Of a stretch of 64,000 nucleotides of DNA, positions 1 to 13,635 are shown one piece after another. The position numbers and the translations under genes are program-made. The notes under the pieces are model-generated. The model did no database searches. It was not told the origin of the DNA and was given only the letters and a program-made list of their open reading frames with translations. How positions within the stretch are numbered: the stretch's first letter is position 1; each line of letters opens with the position of its first letter. Origin of the DNA: Octopus sinensis (taxonomy: Eukaryota). The DNA lies in NCBI RefSeq assembly GCF_006345805.1, contig NC_042998.1, forward strand, positions 146,010,001-146,074,000, written 5' to 3'.

Positions 1-128
1 CCTACCAAATTCATCCATAATGCTTTGGTTGATCTACAGCTATACCAGAAGACACTGCCCAAGGTGCTGCACAGTGGAACCCAAGACCACACAGTTGGAA
101 AGCAAGCTTCTCAACCACATAACCACAC
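1..128 (-). mobile_element. SINE family A copy (tRNA-derived, CORE-like)
   Basis: Reverse complement of the repeat seen many times in the window (GGTTAAGAAGCTTGCTT...TTGGGCAAGTGTCTTCT...CCAAAGC). Confidence 0.65.
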
Positions 129-1073
129 CTCCACCTATAGTCATCCCTGTCATATTTATTTTGCTGCCATTTTAATTCTTATCAGCGAGTTTCCAATGAT
201 GCTTTACTTTTATGCAGCCAAAGCTTTTTTTTTTCTGTTTCACCCCCTGGATTCTAGCTCCCCACCTGGGCCCCTGTGTTTACTGTCCACAGGTACCCTT
301 TCCCTGCCATATAATTTCACACACTCACTACCATGCTGTAACCACTACACTTTCATCCTCTGGTGCCCTGAAATAACAAATTGAGTGCCTGTGCTCAAAC
401 TCACTCAGTACATGTACCCATCATCTCTGCCATGTCCCCCTCTGACAACTTTATTCTAAACCCCTCCTCAATTCTTCTTGCACTGATACAAGCTTTTAGT
501 CAATTCTTCCTACTCATATTTTTCCCTATAAACACCAACCTTCAACAATTCAAACTGAACATGAATTATATCAAGCTCGTTAGTCTAACAAATCCTTCAA
601 GAGTCATGGATAATTTAACCCTAACAAGTGTTTTTGTAGTAATGATGGGTTTATGGGTTTTAATTTCCAAATTTACATTAAATCTGGGTTTTTAAGTTAG
701 TTTTGGCTGCAAACTTATTTTTTAAAGAGAATTCGGTATCATACTCTTTGCATGCGATATGTACCAAAGTTGCACCCCTTATAATAGTTTGTAAACTTTC
801 TGTATATCATCCATAATCATCTCACGTAATGAATTCATCAATACAAATATTGTACATGACGTAATTCCTGATCGTATGCGTTCATTATTTGTTTATACTT
901 ATATCATACCAGGCAACTACAAGTTACAACGCATTGGTTACAACTTGTCTGAAGCTCTGACACCACCAGCTGACAGCTTGACTGTGTTGATGGTGTGCAC
1001 TTCGATTGTTAATCGCAATTTAAAATTTGTTTAACATGTTGAGTGTTTTTGTTTTATAACCCTTTGTGAAGTA

Positions 1074-1455
1074 ATGACAGACAATAGTGTGTCCAAAAAG
1101 AGGAAGTGGTACACCCAAAATTTCAAGAAGATGCTGAGCCTAAGGATTGATTACGGCAAGATGATAAAAATCCTGATACCTGCTACTGCATTTGTTGCAA
1201 CATTGTGTTGAAAAATGCAAACAAATCAATGCTATTAGCTCATAAAAACACTGCCAAACACAAGAAAGCTTGTATGAAATCTGCTATTAAATTAGATTCA
1301 TTTATTGTTAAAAAAATATATGATACATTAAATGAAAAGTAGCTAAAGCAGACTTGCTACTAACAGGTTATGATACTGAACATCACGTACCTTTCATCCT
1401 TATAAATCACTTGACTGAAATTTGTGAAAAGACTTTTCCCGATAGTGAAATAGTG
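1074..1455 (+). mobile_element. Degenerate hAT-type transposase N-terminus (zinc finger)
   Basis: Frameshifted translation gives MTDNSVSKKRKWYTQNF..., DDKNPDTCYCICCNIVLKNANKSMLLAHKNTAKHKK and AKADLLLTGYDTEHHVPFILINHLTEICEKTFPDSEIV. This resembles the CxxC..H..H finger and EHxxPF..HL..FPDS motif of hAT/ZBED-like proteins. Broken off at 1455 by a SINE tail. Confidence 0.65.
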
Positions 1456-1875
1456 CCCCAGCATGGCCACACAGCCCAATGACTGAAACAAGTAAAAGGT
1501 AAAAGATAAATGCCATGAATTATTTTGTCCAATGCTCTAATGGTTCTACCTCTCTTCTTTGGAATAAATAATCAACAACAAATTAGTGAATATACCAATT
1601 CTGACTATAATCCTACACTGACTCCATGAACTGGGGTTTATTCCATTAACAATATCACTCCTTTGTGAAGGCACATTGCCCTGTGATTAAAAGTGTGCAA
1701 GTTTGATTCTTGAACCAGCAATGCTTTTTATCCTTGAGAAAGGTCCTTTATTTCATATACTCTCCAGTACACTCAGCTGAAAATAAGTACCAGTAATATT
1801 TGTGAGATTAACTCCATGACTAGCTGGTATCCTGGTTGGTAAGTCAGCCTTGAAAATGCCTTAAAAATCCAGGGT

Positions 1876-2037
1876 GCTGGCATGGATATATGGTTAAGAA
1901 GCTTATTTTTCAACCATGTTGTTTCAGGTTCAGTCCCACTGTGTAATAACATGGGTAAGTATCTTCTACTATAGCCTCAGGTCAACTAATGTCATGTAAA
2001 TGAATTTGATGGAGGAAAACTGAAAGAAGACCATCAT
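1876..2037 (+). mobile_element. SINE family A copy
   Basis: GGTTAAGAAGCTT...GGTTCAGTCCCACTG...GGAAAACTGAAAGAAG followed by (TA)n. Confidence 0.65.
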
Positions 2038-2047
2038 ATATATATAT

Positions 2048-2083
<36 letters not shown>

Positions 2084-3228
2084 CTTTGAATTTAACCAAT
2101 TTTGGATTGCCTTGATAATGTTCAGTTAGCATATATTGTCAGATATATAAATTTGGCTTGTATTTTATATCTTTTTCTTTATCTAAACATGCTGGTGCAA
2201 TAGAAACAATCATTGGTAATGTATGACGTAATCACCAATTATACATGTTGTCTTATACTCAGAATTTCTTGAAATTCTAAGCTTTGTCATACAGGAAGAA
2301 TTACTATGGATGTTAGTTCTACTTGCATTTATTGGTATCTGATTGTTGGATATAGTTAACTAAATTTGTTTACACTTTATAGACATCTACCTGGATTTAT
2401 TAATCCCTTTTACCTATTATTAAACACATACATGCATGCACGCGCATGCACACAACATATAATATGTTTGTGTTTTTTCCCCTACCATCACTTGACAACT
2501 AGTGTTGGTTTATTTACATCCCCATAACTTAGTATTTCAGCAAAAGGGACAAATAGAATAAGTATCAGGCTTAAAAAATAAGTACTAGGGCCAATTTATT
2601 CAGCTAAACCATTCAAGGTGGTGCTGCAGAAAGCTGCAGTTCAATGACTGAAAGAAATAAACAGTAAACAGTAAAAAGATACGGTCCAACTTTATAAGTT
2701 CCTTACAAAATGTTGGTTTCAGCCAATGCAAAAAATGTATCAATAAATTAATTGAACCCTTTAGCATTCAGGTTACTCTGTCAAATGTAATGCTTATTTA
2801 TTCATATTGTTTTAAATTAATCATGCATTATCTTGTAGGTAAAAGACTTTCATGGTGTGATAGCTTATTTTTAGGACATTGTTGGATGAGTATGAAAGAC
2901 TAGATCTGCTCAGTTTTAATATAAAACTGGTAGAATATTTCAGCTGGATATGGCCAATTTGAATACTAAATTTGTGACATGAATTGCAAACTGATGAAAA
3001 TGGAGCCTCAGAATGATGCTATAATTCTGGAAGAAAATGGATTGTATGGCATGTTTAATTTAGTGTGTAGGAGGTGAGTTAAAAGGGCATGGTGAAAGCA
3101 TAAAAACTGAGTATATTGAATGAATTTAGGTGGTTTACAATCAGTAATTTCAGAAGAGCAGAGGATATAGCATCTGTTGAGAGCTTACTATTATTTGGTA
3201 GTTTTTATTTATTGATTCACTTTTTTAG

Positions 3229-6200
3229 ACTTGAAATATTTGAAGAACAACCTGACATTGAAAATGTCTTTGTACCTGTTGGAGGTGGTGGCCTTATTGC
3301 TGGCATTGCTGCATATCTAAAGCAAGTAAATCCAAATATAAAAGTAAGTAGATCTACTTCCTTTCTTTATTATGTTTTTTTCTCCTTATTTACCAACAAC
3401 TACTGACACTCTACAAGGCTCGAATGAGGCCCAGAGTGGTCTACTGTGCCCACATCAGGAACAGTGCTGCAGTTGCAGAGCAGCACACAGACATCCTAGA
3501 CTGCATGCAGAGAAGAGCCATTTGACTGATTGACATTTAACCCCTTAGCAGAAATCAAATCAAGCGTTCATGTAGGACCCCACAATGAGGGATCATATCA
3601 GAGTGCCTTGCTAAAAAATCTCCCCGTAGCTCTTGCCAAATTTAGATGCATCAAGAAAGCTACTGAATCTGTCAACCATGAAGTAATTGCCATTTGTGTA
3701 TCAGAGGATATAGCTGACCTTCTGGCATTTGCTGCCAGGTCATCCAAAGACTTAGGCTGTGTTCCCCCAAAAGGTGCTCTCTGCCTTGGTCAACTAGGTC
3801 TGAAACCTAGACTAATCAGACTGTCTTTTTCAAACTCTACTGAGACACATTCATATCTTTTAGTCTCTGATAAAGCTAGGTATGAAAATAGGATTACCTT
3901 TAGAAGACACCCTGGCCTACCACCTGATGTACGTCCAAAGCTACATGCTGTAGCTTCCTTAAATCACAACTTCAGCCTTTATGATCACAGACAGATATGG
4001 AAGTTTCTTAAGGCTGGTGAAACATGGAGAAGAGATACCAGCTGGTCTGAACACACTGTACCCACAATAGCTGGCAATGAAAAAACGACAAGCTTCTTTC
4101 AGTTTCCGTCTACCAAATCTACTCACACAGCTTTGGTCAGCCCAAGGCTATAGTAGAAGACACTTGCCCAAGGTATCAAGCAGTAGGACTGAACTTGTAA
4201 CCATGTAAGTGAGAAGCAAGCTTCTTACCACACAGCAAAACAGACCAATAGAATAAGTACCAGATCTCAAAATAAGTACTGAGGTTGATTTCTTTGACTG
4301 AAGTCCTTCAATGTGTTGCCTCATCATAGCTGCAGTCCAGTGACTGAAAAAGATAAATGATAAAAGGCATTATTTCAGTTTATGATCACAAATTGAAAGT
4401 GGACAATTATCATAAGCAATCAGGATTGAAATTTTAGAAATAAAGAAGGTTTGTTTTTTGGGGTTTTTTTTTGTTGTTGTTTTCAGAACTGTAATCTTTT
4501 ATTTTTAAATGTGGAATAATAAAAAAAAAACAGATTCCAAAAGAAAAGTGTAAAAAAAAGAAGGGTGAGAGGTAGGGTTAAAAATTTTAAAATCTGGGGC
4601 GGAGGTTGACAAAAATAGGAACATAATTTTTTTTATTTAATCACAAGCAAAATGGGGTGTGGAATCTATTGGATAAGTCCACCTGGATAGCCAAAACAAA
4701 CCCAATAATTTAATGTAAGATACAAATCTATGAGTTTGTAAAATTAAAAATTTATCATTTTTTCTCAACACAGAAGTGTTCCCACCCACATTGCAATTTG
4801 CCTCTGGCACAGTAAAGTGAAGCAGCTCCTTTGGTGGCTTATCTTTTCACAATCTATATGCAGGAGAAGCTGATATATTCATCATCATCATTTAACGTCT
4901 GTTTTCCATGCTGGCATAGGTTGGACAACATGACAGGAACTGACAAAGCCAGGGGCCACACCAGGTTCCATAATCTGTTTTGGCTTAGTTTCTACAGCTG
5001 GATACCCTTCCTAATGCCAACCACACCACACAGTGTACTGGGTGCTCTTTATGTGGCACCATCGCAGGTGGTTTTTAAGTGGCATCAGCATCAGTGCTTT
5101 TCACGTGGCATCAGTACCCACACCAGCGATTTTTACGTGACATCTTGGTTTTAGGACCTCAATTTTGTTGTGATGGGTGGATCTTCTCAATGCACCACTT
5201 ATCTTGGTCCTCTGTTATCTTCTTTGTAAGGTTCAGTGTTTTTAGATCAGTCTTCAAAACTTTGTCCCATGTTGTCCTTTTACTGAGTGCAGGGTAAAGT
5301 GATGGCTGATTGTATTTTACTTTCAGAATTTCAGTCCCAACAATGATTCACCAAACAAGACATCATATAAGTTATGAAATATCTTTGCTATCATGTTTAC
5401 TATCCATTATCTTTCATTTCATTTTGTTTTAAATTTTAGGTGATTGGTTGTCAACCACGATTATCTAAAGTGATGTATGAGAGTATCAAGGCCAGTACTA
5501 TAATATTTGAAGAAAGTCAAGAAACACTCTCAGATGCCACCTCAGGTGGAATTGAAGAGAATTCAGTATGTACACCTCACTCCCATTTTTTTTGTTTGTT
5601 GACTTTTTTTCTTTATTTGGTTATCATACTCTCACATATGCATGCAAATTACACACTTGATCAGAGCTGTCTATACACAATGAGTTTTAATCTAGATGGG
5701 AGGGTGAACAACAATTACTACATACAACCAATAACAACAGTTGTTACATACAATCTATTCTTTTATTCTTTTACTTGTTTCAGTTATTTGACTGCAGCCA
5801 TATTGGAGCATCATCTCGAAGGGTTTTAGTCAAACAAATCAACCCCAGGACTTATTTTTTAAGCCTAGTACTTATTCTATCAGTCTATTTTACCTAACCA
5901 CTAAGTTACTGGGACATAAACATACCAACACTGGTTGTCAAGCAGTGATGAGGGACAGACAGACACAAAGACACACACACACATATATATATATACATAT
6001 ATACAATAGGCTTCTTTCAGTTTCCATCTACCAAATCCACTCACAAGGTTTTAGTTGACCCGAAGCTATAGTAGAAGACACTTGCCCAAGATGTCATACA
6101 GTGGGACTGAACCCAGATCCTTGGTTGGAAAGTAAGCCTCTTGCCACACAACTACGCCTAACAACATACAGCCTATAACAACAGTTATTACATACAACCT

Positions 6201-8124
6201 ATAATAATTGTTACATAGTCTATAACAGTATCTGTTACATACTGCCTATAACAACAGTTATACATAACATATAGTAATAACTGATAGATATAGCCTGTCA
6301 CAACAGTTACACACATCCTATAACAGCAGTGTTTACACGTTTTTTTATGTTTCACTCCCAACCTAAGTTAAGGGACCAATGATAAATTCTATTCAGAATC
6401 AATACCTAATTCTATTCTCTTGTCTGCTCATGTACCATGCCTACAGGCATCAACAATCAATGGAGTTCATTGACAAAGTCTGAAGATTCATGATTTTTAT
6501 TAGGAAAGACACATCAGGGATTTTCTGGTACTTTCTGATTTATTTACAGTTTACTCTGCTAGTCTCCTACCCCTTCCAAGCTTATTCTTGAGGCACTGGC
6601 CTGTTTAACACTTAGAGAGAGAGACTGGTTCATATGATAATAAGAGCATGACTACACATCAGTGGGCCTTTGTAACATATCTAGGGTCCAGCTCTCTTTT
6701 GAGCCCTGTATGCCTTTGCCACAGGACTCCTACATGACCCATAATAGGAGCCTGTGACAGGTACCACCACCCTGGGCCAGGGCAGACCTGAAAGTGGTGG
6801 TCACTAAGGAATAACTTCATACTTCCTATAACTCCTAAACTGCCCAGCTGGAACCTCACCACTGAATGTGGTCATCTCTTACTTGGGACGCAATTTCATA
6901 CTTAGTTTTTAACTCTCAGTTATGATATGGCAAGGGAATAATACTGCTTGGTGTGGCTGTGTGGTTAAGAATTTTGCTTTCTAACCACATGATTTCAGGT
7001 TCAGCCCCATCGTGTGGTAACTCAGGCCAAGTATTTTCTACTCTAACCCCAGGTAAAACAAAGCCTTGTGAGTGGATTTGGTTGGTGGAAATTGATGGCA
7101 GCCCGTTTTTTATATGTGTGTGTATGTGTAAGAGAGAGAGAGAGAAAGAGTTAATATGTTAGTGGCTCTTTAGTCTGACACTGTGTGGTAGTTGTAAATG
7201 AATGCCACTGTATCACTGCTGAGCAGTATCATTCATTTCCAATATTTTGCAAAAGCATGACTGGCCATGAGGAAATATTACCTTGCTTGCAAACAGGTGA
7301 AGGCTGGCAACAAGAAGGGCATTTGGCTGTACAAGATCTGCTTCAATAAACTTTGTCCAGACCATACATGTATGGAAAAGTGGACGTTAAAACAATAACA
7401 ACTCCAGATTTGTGAATGCACCAAATACATCCACATATAAGATCACATAACGAGAAATTATGTTTTGTAGATACACCTACATTGGCAAACACTTTTAAAC
7501 CACTGTCTCATATCTATTCTCTGCTCTTTCTATCATTTCTGTAACAAATACACCTGGTGTGTTTGCTTAACCTCACTCTATTATGTTTGCATCTTCTAGA
7601 TGTTACGCAAATTATGTTTCGAGTATATGTTTTATCTCTCTCTTTCTCAGTTGTTCATTTATAAAATTACACCTGCTGAGAAGATGCTTCTTATTTTCCA
7701 GTCTCATAGTAATTTATATCAATTCAAAAATGAAGGGACATAACTTTGTTAAAGGGAAACAATTCTGTAAATCACTATATTATTTTAATTGATTCCTATT
7801 GATTAATAAGTCCATCTTTCTTAAGGAGGGGTGGAACTGAGATAGCTGATTCCTTCAAATCAAATATATTACTGAGTCGTTGATTTAAAGGGCTGAGATG
7901 TATGTACCATTTGACTGTTACAACATACCACTATGTCCAACAATAATAATGGTTTCAAATTTCGGCACAAGGTCACCAATTGTAGGAGAGGATTAAGTCA
8001 AACACATCGACTTCCAGCAGTGACTTGGACTTTTTTTATTGACATGGAAAGTGTGAAAAAGTTGGCCTCGGTTGATTTCGAACTCAGAACTAGGAGAAAT
8101 ACCAACAAGTATTTTGTCTGATGC

Positions 8125-8159
<35 letters not shown>

Positions 8160-10889
8160 AGAAAATTTTAAACTTTGGACATGGAGTTACCCAAGGTTTT
8201 GCATCTACAAAGCCAAAGCCTTGTAGACAGCTCCTCATCAGACTCTATATTAAGACAAATATTTTAAATTTCTACGTTACGGAGTAAAAACCTACAGAAT
8301 TGGTCTCTAGAGCAGTAGAAGAATGTTATTTTCTCAGACAAGTCATCCTTTACCTTACTTCTAACCATACATGTGAAGACAGCCAAAAGAAGCATTTGAT
8401 CCAGACTGCCTTCTTCCAACTGTTAAACATGGAGGATCTTTGATGATCTGGTGGGGGTGGGGGGGGGTCTATATCTTGGAAATCCACCAGCCCAATGGTT
8501 TCCCTTCATGGCAGAATTAATAGTCAAGACTATTTAAACATTTTATCAGATCAAATTCATCCTATGGTTGCAGAACTGTTTCTGGAGGGAAACACAGTCT
8601 TTCAGGACAATGATGCTCCAATTCACACAGCTAAAGTTGTTACTGAATGGCATGAGGAACATTCTAGTGAAATTGAACATCTTATCTGGTCACCACAGTC
8701 CCCAGATCTCAATATTATTGACCATTTATAGTGCATTTAAAAAAAACAAGTAAGGAGTCAATATCCTCCACCATCACAATAACTGAAGAATGGACAAAAG
8801 TTCCTTTGAAAACAATTCAAACTTTGTAGAGTCCATACCTCATAGAATTCAAGCTGTAATTACTGCCAAAGGCAGTCTTACTCCATATTAAAATAAATGT
8901 TTGAAATTTTAAGGTGTTTCCATTATTTTGTCCAACCCCTGTATATATATAAATTTGCAAAGCATAATGATGTTTAAAAAGCATACACCTGCTAGAAATA
9001 AGAGCTAATGTCTTAAATTAATCCACTGTACAGCACCAAAATAACAGAAAAGCAGAAAGAATTAATACATTCAACAGCACAAAAATAAATATTATTCAGT
9101 TTAACTTGGATTAATTTAAGATTTTAGTTCTTATTTCTAGCAGGTGTATGCTTGTTAAGCATCATTACATTTCATCCAAATTTATAATTCATAGCTATAT
9201 GCTATTTTGCATGCGATCCACCTGTTACTGCTGTTGATACCATCAATTTTAAACTTTATCCACAGATGATATTAACAGTAGTGACATCTTATTTCAAATC
9301 TTAGTGTTTGAATCTTTTGCTTATATATATACATCCCTTTTCCAGGTGACTTTTGACCACTGCAATGCATTTGTTGATGACTGGATTCTAGTTGAAGAAG
9401 AAACAATTGCAAAAGCTATTTATTTTATGCTTTCCCAACATCAAATGGTAAGTTTGTTTTGTCGCTTTTCTTCACTTTTAGATAAATGATTAAAACAATT
9501 TTGTTATTCCTTACTGCCATGATTTTTTTTCAAGACACTTCCTTTATACCCATACAAAGACAAACTCCAGTTCACATTAACTCCTAGTTTAATGGAAAGG
9601 AAATTTTCTTTAATTTAAGAATGTCTTGAGACATTTTCACCATCTTCTTTGTTTTCCAACTGGGGGAACAACATATCTTCATAGAGCCACAGACCTGCTC
9701 CTGTCCCTCTATCATACTTTAATTTCTTAACACCTGACATAATGTCACTTCCCTTAATGCTACTCCCACCTCAGCTGAGGTTTTGTTTTGCAAGTTGCTT
9801 GGCAAAGTCATTAGTACTGGTACCATGCAAAAATGCATCCAGTACTCTCTGTAAAACATCAGCTTTAGGAAGGGCATCCAACTGTATTAACTATGTCAAA
9901 GCAGATATTGAAGTTTGGTGTTCTCTGGCTCACCTGCTCCTGTTGTACCTAAATCCATGCTAGCATGGAAAACAGACATTAAATGATGATTTCATATCCA
10001 CTGCATTTTTTTCATGGCATGGGGGAAAGGTTGCTTTTTTTTCTTTCCCATGAGAAAGATATCTGCAATCTAAAGATTATTACAGATGCACCATCATACC
10101 ACCACCATCCCAAACATGAATGACATTCATTTTGAGCCCTTATGATCACTTCTATCACTCAGGATCTCAGGTAAATGTACATATTTAACAAAGCGAGGAT
10201 TGGTATCCACAAACTGGTTCATGAAAGACTTCAGCTTTAAATAATTATCAATGTTCTATGAAGTTCAAGCAACATCTACAATGCAGTAATGCCTTCACAT
10301 CTAGGACAGTGCTGCTTTTACAGACAAACTTGGTCTGCATCCATAGAAGGGCCACTTGACTAATTGGGTCCAGGCCCACTTGATTGATTGGCTCCAGCCT
10401 GTTTACCATCTCTTTTCTATTGCTTATTATAATGACCTGTTCCTTAGAACTGATGTGTATCCCCTCCACCATCTTTACACTAATCAGTGTCCAGTCCTTC
10501 CTCCCCACTCTGGAATTTCTCCATTCATGCCAGGGTTGACCTACAACAGTTTAAACAGGACATTGACACCAATCTATAGAGGGCATGCAAGGGTCATTGG
10601 CTCTGCCCCTTCCTCCAGGTTCAACACAGTATTGATCTCAGATCATAAAAAGAAAAAATTATAAATCGTAAGACACTGAGCACAGCCATTCTAACAGTGC
10701 ACTAACTACACCAAGGTACAATAATAATTTATCTTTTTCTTGCAGGTTATTGAAGGGGCTGCTGGAGTTTCTCTTGGAGCATTTATGACCAATGCTTCTC
10801 GGTTTGCTGGTCAGAAAAGCGTTATAGTCGCCTGTGGTGCCAACATTTCCATGACTAAACTAAAAGATATCATTAACACATCAATATAA
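3229..10889 (+). CDS. PLP-dependent threonine/serine dehydratase-like protein (fold type II), last four coding exons; 5' exons outside window
   Basis: AG/GT-bounded exons 3229-3343, 5440-5565, 9346-9447 and 10746-10889 (TAA) join in frame. Product: (G)[161 protein letters not shown]. It carries the VGGGG phosphate loop and the EGAAG and CGAN motifs. Confidence 0.92.
3400..3540 (+). mobile_element. LINE (CR1/L2/Jockey-group) ORF2 C-terminal fragment
   Basis: Translates [24 protein letters not shown]...[12 protein letters not shown], matching the LYK..RP..EY..IW / L..VQRRA.RLI pattern. Confidence 0.6.
3530..4090 (+). mobile_element. Open reading frame resembling a retroelement ORF1/Gag-like protein remnant
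   Basis: About 185 stop-free codons including [12 protein letters not shown]...[20 protein letters not shown]...WKFLKAG. No true ATG or splice-site support; the end runs into a SINE. Confidence 0.35.
4094..4235 (-). mobile_element. SINE family A copy
   Basis: CTTTCAGTTTCCGTCTACCAAATC...GAAGACACTTGCCCAAGG...AAGCTTCTTACCACACAGC. Confidence 0.7.
6160..6335 (+). repeat. Degenerate ~25-bp minisatellite
   Basis: Several imperfect copies of (G)CCTATAACAACAGTTATTACATACA; related copies at about 5710-5750. Confidence 0.6.
6946..7108 (+). mobile_element. SINE family A copy
   Basis: GTGGCTGTGTGGTTAAGAA...GGTTCAGCCCCA...AAAGCCTTGTGAGTGGATTTGG. Confidence 0.7.
7951..8125 (-). mobile_element. SINE family B copy (tRNA-like head)
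   Basis: Reverse complement contains the B-box-like GAGTTCGAAATC and the family-B tail CCTTGTGCCGAAATTTGAAACC. Confidence 0.6.
8325..8941 (+). mobile_element. Tc1-family transposase remnant with 3' TIR
   Basis: Translates FSDKSSF...[15 protein letters not shown]...[15 protein letters not shown]...[14 protein letters not shown]. Ends in ATTATTTTGTCCAACCCCTG followed by TA. Confidence 0.85.
10250..10680 (+). mobile_element. Highly degraded LINE 3' fragment (CR1/L2/Jockey group)
   Basis: Translates CIHRRAT*LIG followed by a LQP..H..FSIAYY-like segment, similar to the 3400-3540 fragment. Confidence 0.35.
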
Positions 10890-13635
10890 TGGAATAAGGG
10901 ATAGAAAATGAACATTTTGTAACCAAAATTTCTTTTAGATTTTAATCAATAATTTAGAGATATGACACAGGGTTATGTTTAAACGTCCAGCCAAAGCAGT
11001 GGACTTGAATCCCCTAACACTACAGCATGCAAAGATTAACATAAAACCTCAGGCAACTTCCCTGTGTCTATATGCCCCTTTAAGACAACACTGATTAGAT
11101 ATTCTTCCTCACTCTTGGTGGCCATCAGCAATGATGACCCAGTGCTTGCTTGGAGGTCAAGTGTTATTGGTATAAGGATGACAAATTTGGATTTGTTAAA
11201 ATCTCACTAGCTTTCTTCTGAAGGAAGAGTTTAAAAGAAAAAAAAACCAAATTTCTCTTCCTTAAATTTGGTCTTTGAGTCTGAACTTTGGCATTCCACT
11301 GGTCAGAAGAGAGGTGCTTATTTTCTTTCACCTTTTCAGGGTTGATAAAATTATAAAAATATTTTGGGGGCCAATTCAATCAATTACACTCTGAACTGGG
11401 TTCAGAGTAAATCAATTGTTTTTCTGAAAAAAATAAAAATTTGTTTTGCAGTCGCTTTTTTCTCTTGATTTTCTAGCCAGCTCAACCAGCTGGTCTCATT
11501 TTGTCTCACGGTACATTATTATAGGCAAGTGTCTTTTACTATAGCCCCAGGCTGACCAAAGCTTTGAGTGGATTTGGTAGATGGAAACTAAGACTTGTGT
11601 ATCACTCTCCTTGCATTGATATTGGTTTCAAATTTTGGTACAAGGCCAATTTTGGGGGCAGAGGGTAAGTCTAATACCTCAACCCCAGTGTTCAATGGGT
11701 ACTTATTCTTTCAACCCCAAAAATATGAAAAGTAAAGTTGACCTCACCAGAATTTGAACTCTGAATGTAAAGACAAAATACCACTAAGCATTTTGCCTGG
11801 TGCACTAACAATTCTGCAAGCTCACCACCTTTCTCCTTGCCTTGATACGGCATGATAGTTGTTAGTGTCACCATCATATAAAGTGTCCTTCATTCTCTAT
11901 CTTCCTTAAAAATGCATCTGTTCATGAGAAATATGACCTTAGTTGGAAACAGGAGAGGCTTGGCAACAAGAAAAGCATTAAGTCATAAAAAAATCTGTCC
12001 AACTCATGCAAGTATGGAAAAATGAACATTAGAATGACAATGATGATGCATTTCTCTAACAAACTGGAAGTCTTAATTTTTACAAAGACATTAAGATTTA
12101 TGTAACATTTCTATTCTAGAAATTTCAATCTCCAAGAAGAAAAAGATACTTTGCTAGATGCTACACATGCTAATGTGTACAGATGACTTGAGAGATAAGC
12201 TGCATATAAGAGGGATAAGATGGATTTTGCAAGAGAGAACACAGGGATAAAATCTTATGTGGACCTTGGTTGTGAACCACTGGGATAGATCATGGTAGTT
12301 GTATTAAAAATATAAAAGGCCAGGCACTCAAAGTGGGTGATGCATGTGGAAAGGAATCTAAGACAAGGGACAAAATGGTGAAAAGCTATCTCAAAAAGCT
12401 GAGCCACACAAGAGATGACAATTTGTGACAGAGTGGCTGAGATGCTCTCACAATATTAATTCACCACCCCCTTCCCTTACTGACCCTAATCCCCCACCCA
12501 AACACCATCTCCCTCTTGCTTTCACTAACCCTGTCCCAACAGTTTGTCTCCACATCACCTTTTCATACCCTTTTATATTCATCCTTATAACAGACTAAAA
12601 ATGGATCCTCCTACTCAACCCACCCCATTTACCACAAATTTCTTTCCATCATACTTTAGCTTAACACCTATCTCAAGTCATCACTTGATTACTTCACTAA
12701 TACTGATATTAAAAAATGCCCCAGTATACAGTAAAGTGGCTAGTTTTAGGAAGGGCATTCAACCACAAGAAACCATGCCACTATCATTCATAATTCAGTT
12801 AAAAAAAGTAAAACAAGCCGTCAATCAAAGGTAAAAATGGCTTGATAACATGTACCTCTCTTTCAGTTTTAGCTGCCTAAATAGCCATGAACCAATGCAG
12901 ACAAGCATTTTCAGCCTTGATTTAACACAACCACCAGTATCTGACACTGGAAGGGATAGACAGTACTAAATTAGAGCGATGTGAAATGAAGTGCCTTGCT
13001 CAAGAACTCAACATGCCAGGCAGTCTAAGAATTGAACCTTTATGATTATGAGCCAAACACCTAACCACTAGGCTATGCACCTTCACTTTGAAAATGAGAC
13101 AGGTCACAGATTTGACAAAGGAAACTTGCCCTCTCTTCTGACAATTTTACTCAAATACCTTATTTTGTGGCATGGTGCACACACTGATTTTAAAAGAAGT
13201 TTTTAAATTTTTGTCCTTGTTCACATGATTAGGCAGTGCCCAGACAAAATTGGTGGGAAAACCAGTGGAGTGTTGATATCCATCAATCACCAAACAATAG
13301 CAATCTACCTGATTGTTTGCCTCCAAAAATTATCGTAGTACAACAGTATGATCTTTGTCTAATGATTACTCATGCAACACACTATGGTGATCGTATCACT
13401 GCTGGCTGGAACTGAAAATGGCTTGTGAAGGCCTGGTAAGAAATTAACAGTTCTTGGTACAGTCAAGCTGCCCAACCCATGCCAGCATGGAAAACAGCCG
13501 TTAAAAACAAAAGAAAAATTATTTTCACAAAAGATAGCAGTCACACCAGTCCTAAGTAAACATAACAGCAAGAGTAATGTAGCTGCAGTAGTGTTTAAAA
13601 ACTGATTTTTATTTACTGAGTAACTGTAATTAATA

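Noticed and set aside
25-695. ORFs of 119 and 104 aa at the window start
   Set aside because: They begin in a SINE and continue in low-complexity sequence, with no recognisable motifs or splice support.
2383-2430. HLPGFINPF after a TAG, resembling the YISPY/FIHPF motif expected in the preceding dehydratase exon
   Set aside because: It is not followed by the required D..IAGQGT-like sequence and has no phase-2 donor; treated as chance.
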